From sequence record OL960580: a DNA stretch of 64,000 nucleotides; one strand, 5' to 3'. Below are positions 9,390 through 19,246 of this stretch, piece by piece. The notes under the pieces are model-generated. The model worked only from the letters and a program-made list of their open reading frames with translations. It was not told the DNA's origin and ran no database searches. The translations under genes and the position numbers were made by a program. Origin of the DNA: Escherichia phage vB_EcoM_SA21RB. Position 1 is the stretch's first letter, and each line of letters opens with the position of its first letter.

Positions 9390-11203
9390 TGGTGTTTAAC
9401 CCTATGCATGATTTCTTTATTTTTGCCAAGATTAAATCCGCGTTCGTTCGGATTTCCCAAATAACCACAAGTTCTTCTTATTGTGTTCATCTTTTTAGGA
9501 TCAGTTTCTCCACAAATAGAACAAACAAATCCGTTTTCAGTAGGAGTCATTTCATGGGTACTTCCACATGTAAAACATTTATCTACTGGCATGTTAACAC
9601 CAAAATAATCTAAATGTTGTGCAGCATAATCCCATACAGCCTCAAGACCTTTTAGGTTATTTTTCATATCAGGAAGTTCAACATAAGAAATGTGACCACC
9701 TGTCGCAATGAAATGATATGGGGCTTCTCGAGAAATCTTTTCAAACGGAGTGATATTTTCTTCTACTGAAACGTGGAAACTATTAGTGTACCATCCTTTA
9801 TCAGTAACATCCTTTACACTTCCATATTTTTCGGTATCGAGTTTACAGAAGCGATAACACAAGTTTTCAGCAGGTGTAGAATACAAGCTAAAAGCAAAAC
9901 CAGTTCTTTCAGTCCACTGCTTAAGACGAGCATTCATTTTAGTTAAAATTTCCTGTCCAATATCACGACCGACAAGAATATTCAATTCGTGAATACCGAT
10001 GTATCCTAGGGACACTGAACTTCTACCATTTTTAAATAACTCAATTATGTCATCATCAGGTTTAAGACGAACCCCGAATGCACCTTCTTGGTAAAGAATA
10101 GGAGCAACAGTCGCTTTAACTCCTTTTAAGGAACTAATTCTACACATCAAAGCTTCAAAACACAAATCCATTCGTTCATTGAACAATTCAACAAATTTCT
10201 GTTCATTGAACTGTGTTCCAATATAAGAATCTAATGCAATACGAGGAAGATTCAGTGTTACAACGCCAAGATTATTACGTCCATCAAGAATTTCATTACC
10301 AGTCGAATCTTTCCATACACTCAAGAAACTGCGGCAACCCATTGGAGAAACAGGAATAGATGAACCTGTGATAGCTTTATTGTTCTTAGCCGAAATGATG
10401 TCAGGATACATTCTTTTGCTTGCGCACTCTAAAGCAAGCTGCTTAATATCATAGTTCGGATCGTCTTTATAAAGATTAACACCTTCTTCAACGAACATAA
10501 CAAGTTTAGGGAAAATAGGAGTTATCCCATCACGACCGAGACCTTTAATACGATTTTTCAGAATTGCTTTCTGAATCATTCGTTCAGTCCAGTCAGTTCC
10601 CGTACCAAATGTAATTGTTACAAAAGGCGTTTGCCCGTTTGAACTAAAGAGAGTATTTACTTCATACTCATAAGCTTGAAATGCATCGTATACGTCTTTT
10701 TCTGTTTTAGATTGGGCGTAATTCAACGCATCAGCGATTTGCCATTTTTCTGCGTCCTCAATATGTTTTGCATAGGTGCGTTTAACATAAGGAGAAAGTA
10801 CTTTATCTACATTCGCAAAAGTCGTTCCGCCATATTGGTGGGAAGCAACCTGTGCAGTAATTTGCGCCATAATTGCAGTAGCAACGCCGATTGATTTAGG
10901 AGTTTCAATCTGTGCATTACCGAGCTTAAATCCGTTCTCAAGCATTCCTTTTAAATCTACTAAACAGCAATTAGTAAATGGAAGAGCAGGGGAATAATCA
11001 ATATCGTGGAAATGGATAATTCCGCTTTCATGCGCTTTCATAATAAAAGACGGGACCATATTTTTGGCAATGTGTTTAGACACAATACCAGCCATAAGGT
11101 CCCGTTGAGTTGGAAAAACACGAGAATCTTTATTAGCATTCTCGTTTAAAAGGTCTTTATTAGTTTTATGAATTAGTCCTTCAATTTCTTTTTCAATCGT
11201 CAT
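9386..11203 (-). CDS. nrdD: anaerobic ribonucleoside-triphosphate reductase
   Basis: 605 aa uninterrupted; C-terminal glycyl-radical motif RRTCGYLG and zinc-ribbon cysteines (CFTCGS...CSICG). Confidence 0.92.
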   Translation of the reverse strand: MTIEKEIEGLIHKTNKDLLNENANKDSRVFPTQRDLMAGIVSKHIAKNMVPSFIMKAHESGIIHFHDIDYSPALPFTNCCLVDLKGMLENGFKLGNAQIETPKSIGVATAIMAQITAQVASHQYGGTTFANVDKVLSPYVKRTYAKHIEDAEKWQIADALNYAQSKTEKDVYDAFQAYEYEVNTLFSSNGQTPFVTITFGTGTDWTERMIQKAILKNRIKGLGRDGITPIFPKLVMFVEEGVNLYKDDPNYDIKQLALECASKRMYPDIISAKNNKAITGSSIPVSPMGCRSFLSVWKDSTGNEILDGRNNLGVVTLNLPRIALDSYIGTQFNEQKFVELFNERMDLCFEALMCRISSLKGVKATVAPILYQEGAFGVRLKPDDDIIELFKNGRSSVSLGYIGIHELNILVGRDIGQEILTKMNARLKQWTERTGFAFSLYSTPAENLCYRFCKLDTEKYGSVKDVTDKGWYTNSFHVSVEENITPFEKISREAPYHFIATGGHISYVELPDMKNNLKGLEAVWDYAAQHLDYFGVNMPVDKCFTCGSTHEMTPTENGFVCSICGETDPKKMNTIRRTCGYLGNPNERGFNLGKNKEIMHRVKHQ

Positions 11204-11673
11204 TTTAAACTCTTTCTAAGCTGCTTCTTAAATGAAGCTATTAATTGTGTTTTAGTGTCAGATTCATTATATTCAAATCCTCTTTGAAGCATCTCAGCCA
11301 TCATTTCCTCTTTTCCTAAACGAGAAAATTCCTTTGATTTATCTCCAACAAAGTTAGGGTGAATATTATTTTGGGTGTAATCGGATTTTAAATAAGTAAG
11401 TAAATTTTCTAACCATTCAAGATAATCAACACCTTGTCCCTTTAAGCCAGAACGATTAAATTTATGCTTCATTTGACCTTCTGCAGCATTGCAGAGATTA
11501 CATAGCAACCCACGTACCTTTCCTGCTTTTGGTCCATTTAATTCATGGTCATGGTCAAGGTGATTAGCTTGAACATCAGGATTTAATTCTCGTTGGCAAA
11601 TTAAGCATTTACCATTTTGTGCATTATAAAATTTTTGTTTTTCTTCTTTGTATAATTTGCCAGTCAATAACAT
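11200..11673 (-). CDS. 49: endonuclease VII (Holliday junction resolvase)
   Basis: 157 aa; zinc-binding CLICQ...HLDHDH...CNLCN motif characteristic of T4 endo VII. Confidence 0.9.
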   Translation of the reverse strand: MLLTGKLYKEEKQKFYNAQNGKCLICQRELNPDVQANHLDHDHELNGPKAGKVRGLLCNLCNAAEGQMKHKFNRSGLKGQGVDYLEWLENLLTYLKSDYTQNNIHPNFVGDKSKEFSRLGKEEMMAEMLQRGFEYNESDTKTQLIASFKKQLRKSLK

Positions 11674-11721
11674 AATAAACCCTTACCTTAAATAGATAAG
11701 GGTATTTATTATTTTCAAGTA

Positions 11722-12186
11722 TTAAAACGCTCGGTCAGAAAAAGAAATTCGAGTTTCAAGCCATTCAATGTATTCTGCCGCAGCTTGCATCAAATTTCCT
11801 TCGTAATCATCAATATCTTTTTTCAACGCCGATTTAGATAATGCATATGAAATACGTTCACCCTGAAAAGCGGCTTTAGGTTTATGAATAGCTTGATCAA
11901 CTCGTTCTACAACTTCTTCAATTTCGCCATTTTCTACTGATTCAGTATTCCACAAGCACCAATACGTAATTGGCTTATCATAGATGTTAATAACCTTTCC
12001 GTCAGAAAGTTCAATTTCAATAATTCCAGTATCAGGTTCTATATCATCTTCACATTCTTTTGCAAGTTCACGAACTTTAAAGACAGTACCTGCACTAAGT
12101 TCTGGCCAATAATTACATAGCCCTTTATCAGCACGATTAATTCTAAACCACTTATCTACTGTAATCATGTCCCATCTCCATATCAA
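11722..12186 (-). CDS. hypothetical protein (positional equivalent of T4 pin)
   Basis: 154-aa ORF directly upstream of gene 49; identity to Pin not verified. Confidence 0.45.
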   Translation of the reverse strand: MIWRWDMITVDKWFRINRADKGLCNYWPELSAGTVFKVRELAKECEDDIEPDTGIIEIELSDGKVINIYDKPITYWCLWNTESVENGEIEEVVERVDQAIHKPKAAFQGERISYALSKSALKKDIDDYEGNLMQAAAEYIEWLETRISFSDRAF

Positions 12187-12291
12187 TTATGTCATTTATT
12201 GTAGGTTCATTATATACTGTTTCTTCATCAGTGTAAACCGGTTCTTCCGGCTCTGGCTCTACTGTTTCCCATCTAGCCGCCCACCAAGGTT

Positions 12292-12612
12292 TTATAGCGT
12301 AATCCATTCTCGTATTGTCTGAGTTACTACACGTTCACGGGGCTCGACTAGTTCAACAGTCGGAACTGCATAATACCAGTCAGAATGGTAAGAACCTGAG
12401 CGAGATTCATTTACAGACACATGTACGTTATGTTTTGGACTAAAATAAACGCACTGCCGATATTGGCATTTGCCATCTTGTACCCAATCTTCTATTTCGA
12501 CAGGTTTAAGATAATCCGAAAAATCGAAATCATAATTTTCTGAAAATGCATCATGGTCTTCGATGATTTCACTCAGAACTGCATCAACATCTAATTTATT
12601 TTCAATATTCAT
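12292..12612 (-). CDS. hypothetical acidic protein
   Basis: 106-aa ORF. Confidence 0.45.
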   Translation of the reverse strand: MNIENKLDVDAVLSEIIEDHDAFSENYDFDFSDYLKPVEIEDWVQDGKCQYRQCVYFSPKHNVHVSVNESRSGSYHSDWYYAVPTVELVEPRERVVTQTIREWITL

Positions 12613-12622
12613 TTTTCACCAA

Positions 12623-12832
12623 TTAATTTCGCAATTTATTAAGTTCTTCATAATCAATCCAGGATTCTAATCCTGATGGCAAATCAGATTCAATTTCCCA
12701 AAGAAGCTCTTCAATTTTCTGAAGACGATCTAATTCTTCGGCTGGAATAGTAACCATTGACGGAGTTCTTGATACACTAATATCGTAAATCATATTTACC
12801 CCAGTTTGACCATGCAATCGCCATATTTCCAT
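12623..12832 (-). CDS. hypothetical protein
   Basis: 69-aa ORF. Confidence 0.4.
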   Translation of the reverse strand: MEIWRLHGQTGVNMIYDISVSRTPSMVTIPAEELDRLQKIEELLWEIESDLPSGLESWIDYEELNKLRN

Positions 12833-13011
12833 TTAGAAATAGACTTTTCACCGTTAGAATAATAAACTTCGAGTTTAGCACGATTATTTTTAATTTGAAT
12901 AACCTTTGCTGTCATCAAAGTTCCATACCCGTAATAAACTGCGACTTCATCACCTACATATACCGCGCTTCCGCGGTAGTCATGGATATAATCAGTTCCT
13001 TCGAGCATCAT
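12796..13011 (-). CDS. hypothetical protein
   Basis: 71-aa ORF, 4-nt overlap with nrdC stop. Confidence 0.4.
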   Translation of the reverse strand: MMLEGTDYIHDYRGSAVYVGDEVAVYYGYGTLMTAKVIQIKNNRAKLEVYYSNGEKSISKWKYGDCMVKLG

Positions 13012-13271
13012 TTAAAGTATTCCCGCAATTGGTCAAATCCACCAATATGACTTCCATCAGGAGCAAATACTTGCGGCATCGTCAATCCGATTTGAGTATC
13101 ACGACCCAGTTTAGTCAGAAGCTCAGCAATTTTCTCATCATCAAAAACACCTTTTTCCGGCATAATGTTGATAAATTCAAACGGCTGTTTCTTCACAGTC
13201 AAGAGACGTTTTGCATTATCGCAATACACGCATTTATGGATGCTGCTATCATAACCATATACCTTAAACAT
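13008..13271 (-). CDS. nrdC: thioredoxin/glutaredoxin
   Basis: 87 aa; MFKVYGYD...KCVYCDNAK active-site CVYC; matches T4 NrdC. Confidence 0.92.
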   Translation of the reverse strand: MFKVYGYDSSIHKCVYCDNAKRLLTVKKQPFEFINIMPEKGVFDDEKIAELLTKLGRDTQIGLTMPQVFAPDGSHIGGFDQLREYFK

Positions 13272-13272
13272 A

Positions 13273-13515
13273 TTATTCCTTAATTCCTAGTACTTGTTTA
13301 AAAGTCTCGTCGTAATCAAGACTTTGACCCGTTTGTTCTTTATGTTTGTATATAATATCACTTACTTCTGATAGCATATTTTTATATGAACGAGTTAAAG
13401 CAGATTTAAGCACGCTGTATCTATCAGGAAATTTACCGTGTTCATTATAATAAGCTATTGCTAATTCACGGACTGCTTTTTCAGCAGTCTCCATATATTC
13501 TTTACGCTTTGTCAT
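13273..13515 (-). CDS. hypothetical protein
   Basis: track ORF 13273-13674 overlaps the upstream gene by 173 nt; trimmed to internal Met ([13 protein letters not shown]...), 80 aa. Confidence 0.4.
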
Positions 13516-13819
13516 TTTCTTCTCGGTTAAATCGGTGTTTGCAATGACGGCATTTATAACGAAGATTACTAGTCTGCCAATGGACCAATTGAACCTGTTC
13601 AGTACCGCATTCAGGACAATTAGGAACGTTTTTAGAAGCCCTTTCACGCCGTTCAACCATAGCCATAATGGCATCCCAAGCTGGAGGTTTAAAATCTAAA
13701 TCGTCACAACCATGAATCTTTCCACGCATTTCTAAATCGTCTTCTTCACCAGCCATAATAATTTTAATTAGGCTAGAATTACTTGAAGCTGCAATGTCTT
13801 CTAATAGACGCTTTTTCAT
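13502..13819 (-). CDS. zinc-ribbon protein
   Basis: 105 aa; CPECG...(17)...CRHCKH four-cysteine zinc-ribbon signature. Confidence 0.5.
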
Positions 13820-14745
13820 TTTAATACCTCAATAGCATTACGTAAACCATTTGCTTTGGCAGTTAAATCTTTAAGAACTTTAGTATGCTCTTCAATCTGT
13901 TTTTCAACTTCAATTAAGCGAGCATTAAGATATTCGCGTTCTTCGCTCAGGCTATCAACCTTTTCTACTTTAGGTTCTTTTACAATTGGCTTGTATGTAT
14001 TAGGGTTCTTCAGTTTAATTAGAATGCGTGAGCTGTATAACATTGAACCATTATCTTCGGTTTCGTCATACATTTCTACTACGTCCATGATTTTTAGCAT
14101 CATGCGGAGTTTATAAGACAACGAACGAATAGTTTTGTTGTGCTTATTAATTTCTCTAGCTGTCATGGTGCCGAGATTACGTGAGTAATAATAAGGAACC
14201 TGGATATTAATTAATACTGATGAACCACCTGGCATGTGTGTTACTTCATCAGCAATAACCCAGTCCTTAACATGAACTGTATTTGTACGGTCATCACCCG
14301 CGGTAAATAGTTTGCGAGCATGCTTAAAAAGCATATTCACTTGGTCATTGAATTGACAAGCAAATTTATCAGCAAATTTAGTTTCAGGAATGGTAGATAA
14401 CCAATCAGCCAAATGGGTCTTTTTAACATCGTTAACAATAGTAAATTCAACCAAATCAGTTATAGATGTCTCAGATTTAATAAAGCTCGGCTTCATAAAG
14501 TTTTTAATGTTATCGCGAGCTACAGTAGAAGATAACATACGAGAACGTTTAAACCATTGAAGCAAATTGCCCAACGAATGAGAATAAGCGTTTTGAGTAT
14601 CTTTACAGATATGATTTTCCTGGCCAACATATTGAAGGAAATCACGAAGAATATTATTGATTACTGCTCTGTGTCCGATCTGATAATTACGGTGTTTAGT
14701 AATAAGACTGTCAAAATAATCAATATAATGTTTACGAGTTTTCAT
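13816..14745 (-). CDS. hypothetical protein with C-terminal coiled coil (paralog array member 1)
   Basis: 309 aa; N-terminal MKTRKHY like member 3; heptad-like K/E-rich C-terminal 50 aa. Confidence 0.55.
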   Translation of the reverse strand: MKTRKHYIDYFDSLITKHRNYQIGHRAVINNILRDFLQYVGQENHICKDTQNAYSHSLGNLLQWFKRSRMLSSTVARDNIKNFMKPSFIKSETSITDLVEFTIVNDVKKTHLADWLSTIPETKFADKFACQFNDQVNMLFKHARKLFTAGDDRTNTVHVKDWVIADEVTHMPGGSSVLINIQVPYYYSRNLGTMTAREINKHNKTIRSLSYKLRMMLKIMDVVEMYDETEDNGSMLYSSRILIKLKNPNTYKPIVKEPKVEKVDSLSEEREYLNARLIEVEKQIEEHTKVLKDLTAKANGLRNAIEVLK

Positions 14746-14797
14746 ATTCTTCTCACTTGGTTAATGATTTATACTCCGAGCCATCCCTGGCTTTAAA

Positions 14798-15799
14798 TTA
14801 CTTAATTAACTGTAAAGCTTGTTCAAGACGATCAAGACGATTAACGGATTCTTCCCAAATCTTTTTAGCCTGCTCATATTCTTTCTGCGCTTTATTAGAA
14901 ATTTCTAGAACTTCTTTATAAGCTTTTTCTAGTGCAATAACTTCTGGACGAATTTCTACCGGTTCAGGCGAATCGTCAAGATTATCCATTAGTTCCTCAA
15001 GGGTAGTTTCTTCTTTAGGAGTATTCACAATTTCTTCACATTTTTGTTGGTAAATTTCTTTATCAGTCGGTAAATAAGCACATTTCACTTCACGAAGACT
15101 AACTACAATTTTATATCCTTCCCAACCGCATATATTCTTAAAAGGATACGTATGAATATTTTCTACTGTTTCCATACAAAGTAATGCGGTTTCTAATTGA
15201 CGAGTTATAGTGCTAGCAATTGAGAAAAATTTATTAATGTTCTTTTGGTTAGTTTCTGGTGTAAAAAATCCATAATTCACAAAAATAGATACTTTATTTT
15301 TATCAAGTTCATATTCTTTTACGATAATCATATCAGAAGCCAAAGGATGAATTTGACGATAATCGCCATAACATAATTTAGAAGCTGATTTTAGAATTTG
15401 CTTTTTGAAAAGTCTGAAATTACTAATCCAACGACGAGTAAAAATATTCTCAGGGTCTTCTTTATTATTAAGATGATAAGAATTAACATCACCGAACCAA
15501 TTATATCCTACTACATCTTTGGTTCGTTTAATTTCTTTCCCAAAATTACCAAGAATATCCCGATTAACCAAATATGAAAGAAGACGAGACTCTTTAAAGG
15601 TTTTCTTGATAACATCTTTATCTACACGACTAGAAATTTTACGAATTTCATGAATAAATTTAGTAGAAGAAACAATACCTGCATCAACACTATTGAGCCA
15701 TTGATTGATAATAGAAAGAACGCTATTTTGGCCAAACATCGGTATAGCTTTATCATCAATAACGCTATTGAATGATTTGATATATTCGTTACGAGTCAT
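14798..15799 (-). CDS. hypothetical protein with C-terminal coiled coil (paralog array member 2)
   Basis: start moved to ATG at 15799 (AGGAG 6 nt upstream; an early promoter sits inside the longer track ORF); RRWISNFRLFKKQILKSASKL resembles member 3 WRFIALFRRQLKQILSTASRL. Confidence 0.55.
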   Translation of the reverse strand: MTRNEYIKSFNSVIDDKAIPMFGQNSVLSIINQWLNSVDAGIVSSTKFIHEIRKISSRVDKDVIKKTFKESRLLSYLVNRDILGNFGKEIKRTKDVVGYNWFGDVNSYHLNNKEDPENIFTRRWISNFRLFKKQILKSASKLCYGDYRQIHPLASDMIIVKEYELDKNKVSIFVNYGFFTPETNQKNINKFFSIASTITRQLETALLCMETVENIHTYPFKNICGWEGYKIVVSLREVKCAYLPTDKEIYQQKCEEIVNTPKEETTLEELMDNLDDSPEPVEIRPEVIALEKAYKEVLEISNKAQKEYEQAKKIWEESVNRLDRLEQALQLIK

Positions 15800-15824
15800 A
15801 TTAATCTCCTCAGTAGAAAGTAAG

Positions 15825-15858
15825 AACATTATACCACATCCTTGTGGCAAAGTAAACT
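15825..15858 (-). promoter_or_regulatory. T4 early promoter
   Basis: minus strand GTTTAC ... TGGTATAATG. Confidence 0.6.
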
Positions 15859-16885
15859 AGTTCAGTGCATTTAGTGCATTGTTCAGTTTAGAACGTTGCT
15901 TCGTGAGATTTTTGACTTTTTCTTGAGCTTTTTCTAGCATCTTTTCAGCTTCTAGCACTTCATTAGTTGCTTTAACGAGTTCATCATCTACTGCCTTGAT
16001 AGACTTCTCAATCGCATCTGCATGCCATTTTTCAACAGGTTTAAGACTCGGATTTTCAACAGGAAGAAAATTCACTTTATTGAATTTCCATGCATCCTTA
16101 TTACCTGAACTATACATCCAAAATTTAGGATCGTTTGATGAGTAATTGGATAAATTTAAATTTAAGTTATCTTGCACTTCTTGCTTTTTCTCTTGCGTGA
16201 CTTCGTCCTTTCTCAAAAAATCGTATTTAAATGAAACGATCATATCAAGTTCATACGTTGTTGTATGTTCCCAATTTCGCTCAAAACGAGGTAAAATCTT
16301 AGAATGAACTGCAGCAACAACATCCATATACTTAAATGCTTCTGTCAACTGCGATTTAAGGCATTCGCAAATTGAAAGAGAATTTTTTGTATTAGGTTTA
16401 AAGCTAATTCGTGCAGTTCTGTTATTTTCTTTTAATGGTCTTACTTCCATCTGAAGAGTATAACCATCAAATTTCAGGTTCTTTAAGTTAATATCAGAAC
16501 CTTTTAATCGACTCGCAGTTGATAAAATTTGCTTTAATTGTCTACGGAACAGAGCAATAAATCTCCATTCAATACGATAATGATTTGGATTGAAAAATCC
16601 AGATGATAAATCGACCTTACTTTGACCAACGCCTTGAACAAATAGAGGATTTTTATAATCAATAGTTTTACAGAAATCTGTGAGCTGCTCACGAGCCGTC
16701 ATTTGTGTAATATACCCTGCTTTACTAAAATTACGTATCCATTCACTGCTATTTGTATACTTAAAGTGATGAATAACATGATTAACTTTATCAGGGTCTA
16801 AATTATTTTCACACAAAAATGTCATAACATCACGAGTATAGCTGGCATTACGAACCATATCTTCAATTTGAGAACGAGTTTTCAT
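15857..16885 (-). CDS. hypothetical protein with C-terminal coiled coil (paralog array member 3)
   Basis: 342 aa; shares internal motifs with members 2 and 4; C-terminal coiled coil. Confidence 0.55.
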   Translation of the reverse strand: MKTRSQIEDMVRNASYTRDVMTFLCENNLDPDKVNHVIHHFKYTNSSEWIRNFSKAGYITQMTAREQLTDFCKTIDYKNPLFVQGVGQSKVDLSSGFFNPNHYRIEWRFIALFRRQLKQILSTASRLKGSDINLKNLKFDGYTLQMEVRPLKENNRTARISFKPNTKNSLSICECLKSQLTEAFKYMDVVAAVHSKILPRFERNWEHTTTYELDMIVSFKYDFLRKDEVTQEKKQEVQDNLNLNLSNYSSNDPKFWMYSSGNKDAWKFNKVNFLPVENPSLKPVEKWHADAIEKSIKAVDDELVKATNEVLEAEKMLEKAQEKVKNLTKQRSKLNNALNALN

Positions 16886-16893
16886 GGTATTCC

Positions 16894-17784
16894 TTAAGAT
16901 TTAAGTAAATCGACAATTTTAATTAACTTTTCACGCTCAGATTTAGCTTTACTACTCAATCCAGATAGTCTGAAAATTTCATCGTCATATTGTTGAATAG
17001 AAATATTCAGCTCTTCAATCTGCTTATTAAAATAATCAATTTGTTCAGAATGTTTTTCGTTACTACGAACTGGTACAGGTTTTGTAGGCAATGTAGTTGA
17101 ACTGGATTCATTCGGGCGATAAATTAAAATACAACTTGAACCAATAGGGCATTTTGCACCAGATGAATATTCTAATGTTCCAGCTTCTTTTAAAACTTCA
17201 AAAGCTAAACAGAGATGATGCCCCATATTAACATAATCTGTAGAGTGAGCTCTGATGTAATAATCATCTCCACGAATACTAAATTTAAAGCATTTAAGGT
17301 CTTCTGTATTATTGGTCTTAAAAATCATTTGTTTATCTAGACCTTTAGCTAATCGAGCGCCTAATGCTAATAATCGTCGTTGATTTTCCCACAAATCTGC
17401 AATCATTTGGTCGAATGATAATTTCGGCATTAGTCGACCATAAAGGTCATATCCTTTATTATAATTACGAAGGATTTCACTCGCGTTAATACGAGACAAC
17501 GCTCCAATTTTATTAAGGGCTTTCATAATGCGATTAGATAAACTCATTCCAGATCCATTTGTTCGCTGTAAATGTTTTTCTAATCCAAATCCAATATCAA
17601 CTTTAAACTTATCTAAAATTTCAGCATGAACATCTCTGTCGATAACATTCAAATCCAAAGTTGGGTTAAATCTGTGAAAAAATTTATCTGGCTCTCCACG
17701 ACGAAGTACAGTCCATTCATTCATCATTTTTTTATTAACTAATGATTTAATTACTGCATTGACATTATTAATTACTACTGACAT
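16894..17784 (-). CDS. hypothetical protein with C-terminal coiled coil (paralog array member 4)
   Basis: start placed at ATG 17784 (GAGGA upstream); LAKGLDKQMIFKTNNTEDLKCFKF resembles member 3 RLKGSDINLKNLKF. Confidence 0.5.
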   Translation of the reverse strand: MSVVINNVNAVIKSLVNKKMMNEWTVLRRGEPDKFFHRFNPTLDLNVIDRDVHAEILDKFKVDIGFGLEKHLQRTNGSGMSLSNRIMKALNKIGALSRINASEILRNYNKGYDLYGRLMPKLSFDQMIADLWENQRRLLALGARLAKGLDKQMIFKTNNTEDLKCFKFSIRGDDYYIRAHSTDYVNMGHHLCLAFEVLKEAGTLEYSSGAKCPIGSSCILIYRPNESSSTTLPTKPVPVRSNEKHSEQIDYFNKQIEELNISIQQYDDEIFRLSGLSSKAKSEREKLIKIVDLLKS

Positions 17785-17791
17785 ATTTTCC

Positions 17792-18199
17792 TCACTCAAT
17801 TTCAATTTTACTAAATACACAGAATATGATTGAACAGACTACATAAGCGCCACACACGGATTGAACTAATACCATCCCAAAGAACCAAACAATATTATCA
17901 AACAGTGTCTGTTTTACGTCGAAAGGACGTAAACTTACAGTAATATTATCACCTTTTTCTATTGAAGAATACATCTCTGGGGAAATATATTCACTAAATC
18001 TATAACCGTCTTTGAGTTCATATACGGCAATAAACGATAAACTAGACCCCTTTCCTTGTGTTCCTGTAATAGTATTAACTACAGTAACATCATAATCTTT
18101 ATAGTGCATATAATCATTAATTGCGTAATAACCATATGCAACTACTACACATAAACAACATATCAATAAATTCAATCTTTTAATTATCAACTGTTTCAT
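17792..18199 (-). CDS. membrane protein (two hydrophobic segments)
   Basis: 135 aa; N-terminal LLICCLCVVVAYGYYAI and C-terminal FFGMVLVQSVCGAYVVCSIIFCVF hydrophobic helices. Confidence 0.5.
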   Translation of the reverse strand: MKQLIIKRLNLLICCLCVVVAYGYYAINDYMHYKDYDVTVVNTITGTQGKGSSLSFIAVYELKDGYRFSEYISPEMYSSIEKGDNITVSLRPFDVKQTLFDNIVWFFGMVLVQSVCGAYVVCSIIFCVFSKIEIE

Positions 18200-18254
18200 A
18201 ATAATCTCAATTAAAAGGGCTTAGAACCATTATACCATCCTTGGTATAAAGCGG

Positions 18255-18782
18255 TTATGCGAGTACCGTCTTTAACCGTTCTTCAAACTTCCGAAGAGTA
18301 TTTTGGCGTTCAGCTCTTTGCTTTTTGTAAGTTTCAATACGCTCTGAAATGAGAGAGTATCGTTCATTTACTGATTCTTTCATAAAATCAGGAATTTCAC
18401 GAGAAGCTTTAATTTCGTCAAATTTATCAATAACAGCTTGCTCTTCAGCAATTAAATTATCATACATTAAAATATCTTTCTTGATGAACTCAATATCTTC
18501 TTGAGTTACACGAGACATTTTAGATGCTTTATCCTTTTTGTACTGTTCGTTAGTATCACGAGACCAGTGTAATGTACGATTTTTATTCGTATTCTTGTAA
18601 ATTTCTACAATACCAATCTCATCAATAATAACGATCCAATTCCAACGGGATTTGTAAATTTGTCCTCCATCAACTGTGATTTCACCTCCGATTGAGATGT
18701 CGTTAAAGAACTTGCTTTGTGCTTCTGATTTAAATTTACCATCATTGTAATTTACCAGGTTGAAAATATCTTTAGCGTTCAT
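18255..18782 (-). CDS. hypothetical protein
   Basis: 175-aa ORF downstream of an early promoter. Confidence 0.5.
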   Translation of the reverse strand: MNAKDIFNLVNYNDGKFKSEAQSKFFNDISIGGEITVDGGQIYKSRWNWIVIIDEIGIVEIYKNTNKNRTLHWSRDTNEQYKKDKASKMSRVTQEDIEFIKKDILMYDNLIAEEQAVIDKFDEIKASREIPDFMKESVNERYSLISERIETYKKQRAERQNTLRKFEERLKTVLA

Positions 18783-18804
18783 TTTCTGTTCCTCCGTAGT
18801 TGAT

Positions 18805-18842
18805 AGTTGTATAGTACCATAGAGGAACAGTCTTGTAAACCA
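18805..18842 (-). promoter_or_regulatory. T4 early promoter
   Basis: minus strand GTTTACAAG ... TGGTACTATAC; same motif recurs at 20505, 24094 and 35908. Confidence 0.6.
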
Positions 18843-19157
18843 CTAAAAGAAACTTCTTTCACAATTTTTTCCACTGAACCATGCGCTCACTGCTTTCTTA
18901 GTCTCAGGAGCAGTGTTATCCATAAACCATTCAAAGGCAGCCTTTTTATGATTCTGGAGGGCTTCTCGGGCTTTAATCTGCTCACGGTCTATTAACACTA
19001 ACATATGAGCCTTTCTTGTCACCAAGGGCTTCTTATGATTCTTGGAGTATTCCCAGTCATTTGTCCAACGCATTGTCGTTGCGAACTGATGAACCGCGTC
19101 TTTAATTTTAGTTTCGTAAATTTCACGAGCCTTTGAGTATAACATCATTACCTCCAT
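18843..19157 (-). CDS. hypothetical protein
   Basis: 104-aa ORF. Confidence 0.45.
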   Translation of the reverse strand: MEVMMLYSKAREIYETKIKDAVHQFATTMRWTNDWEYSKNHKKPLVTRKAHMLVLIDREQIKAREALQNHKKAAFEWFMDNTAPETKKAVSAWFSGKNCERSFF

Positions 19158-19246
19158 TTACCAGTTTAATTCTAGTCATCTTTTTAATGGCAGTCCATAT
19201 AATCTATTTCTGAACTGCCTTTTTATCTTAGAAGGCCTCTTATGAA

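Noticed and set aside
13273-13674. N-terminal 53 codons of track ORF 13273-13674
   Set aside because: They overlap the upstream zinc-ribbon gene by 173 nt and are hydrophobic low-complexity; gene trimmed to the internal Met.
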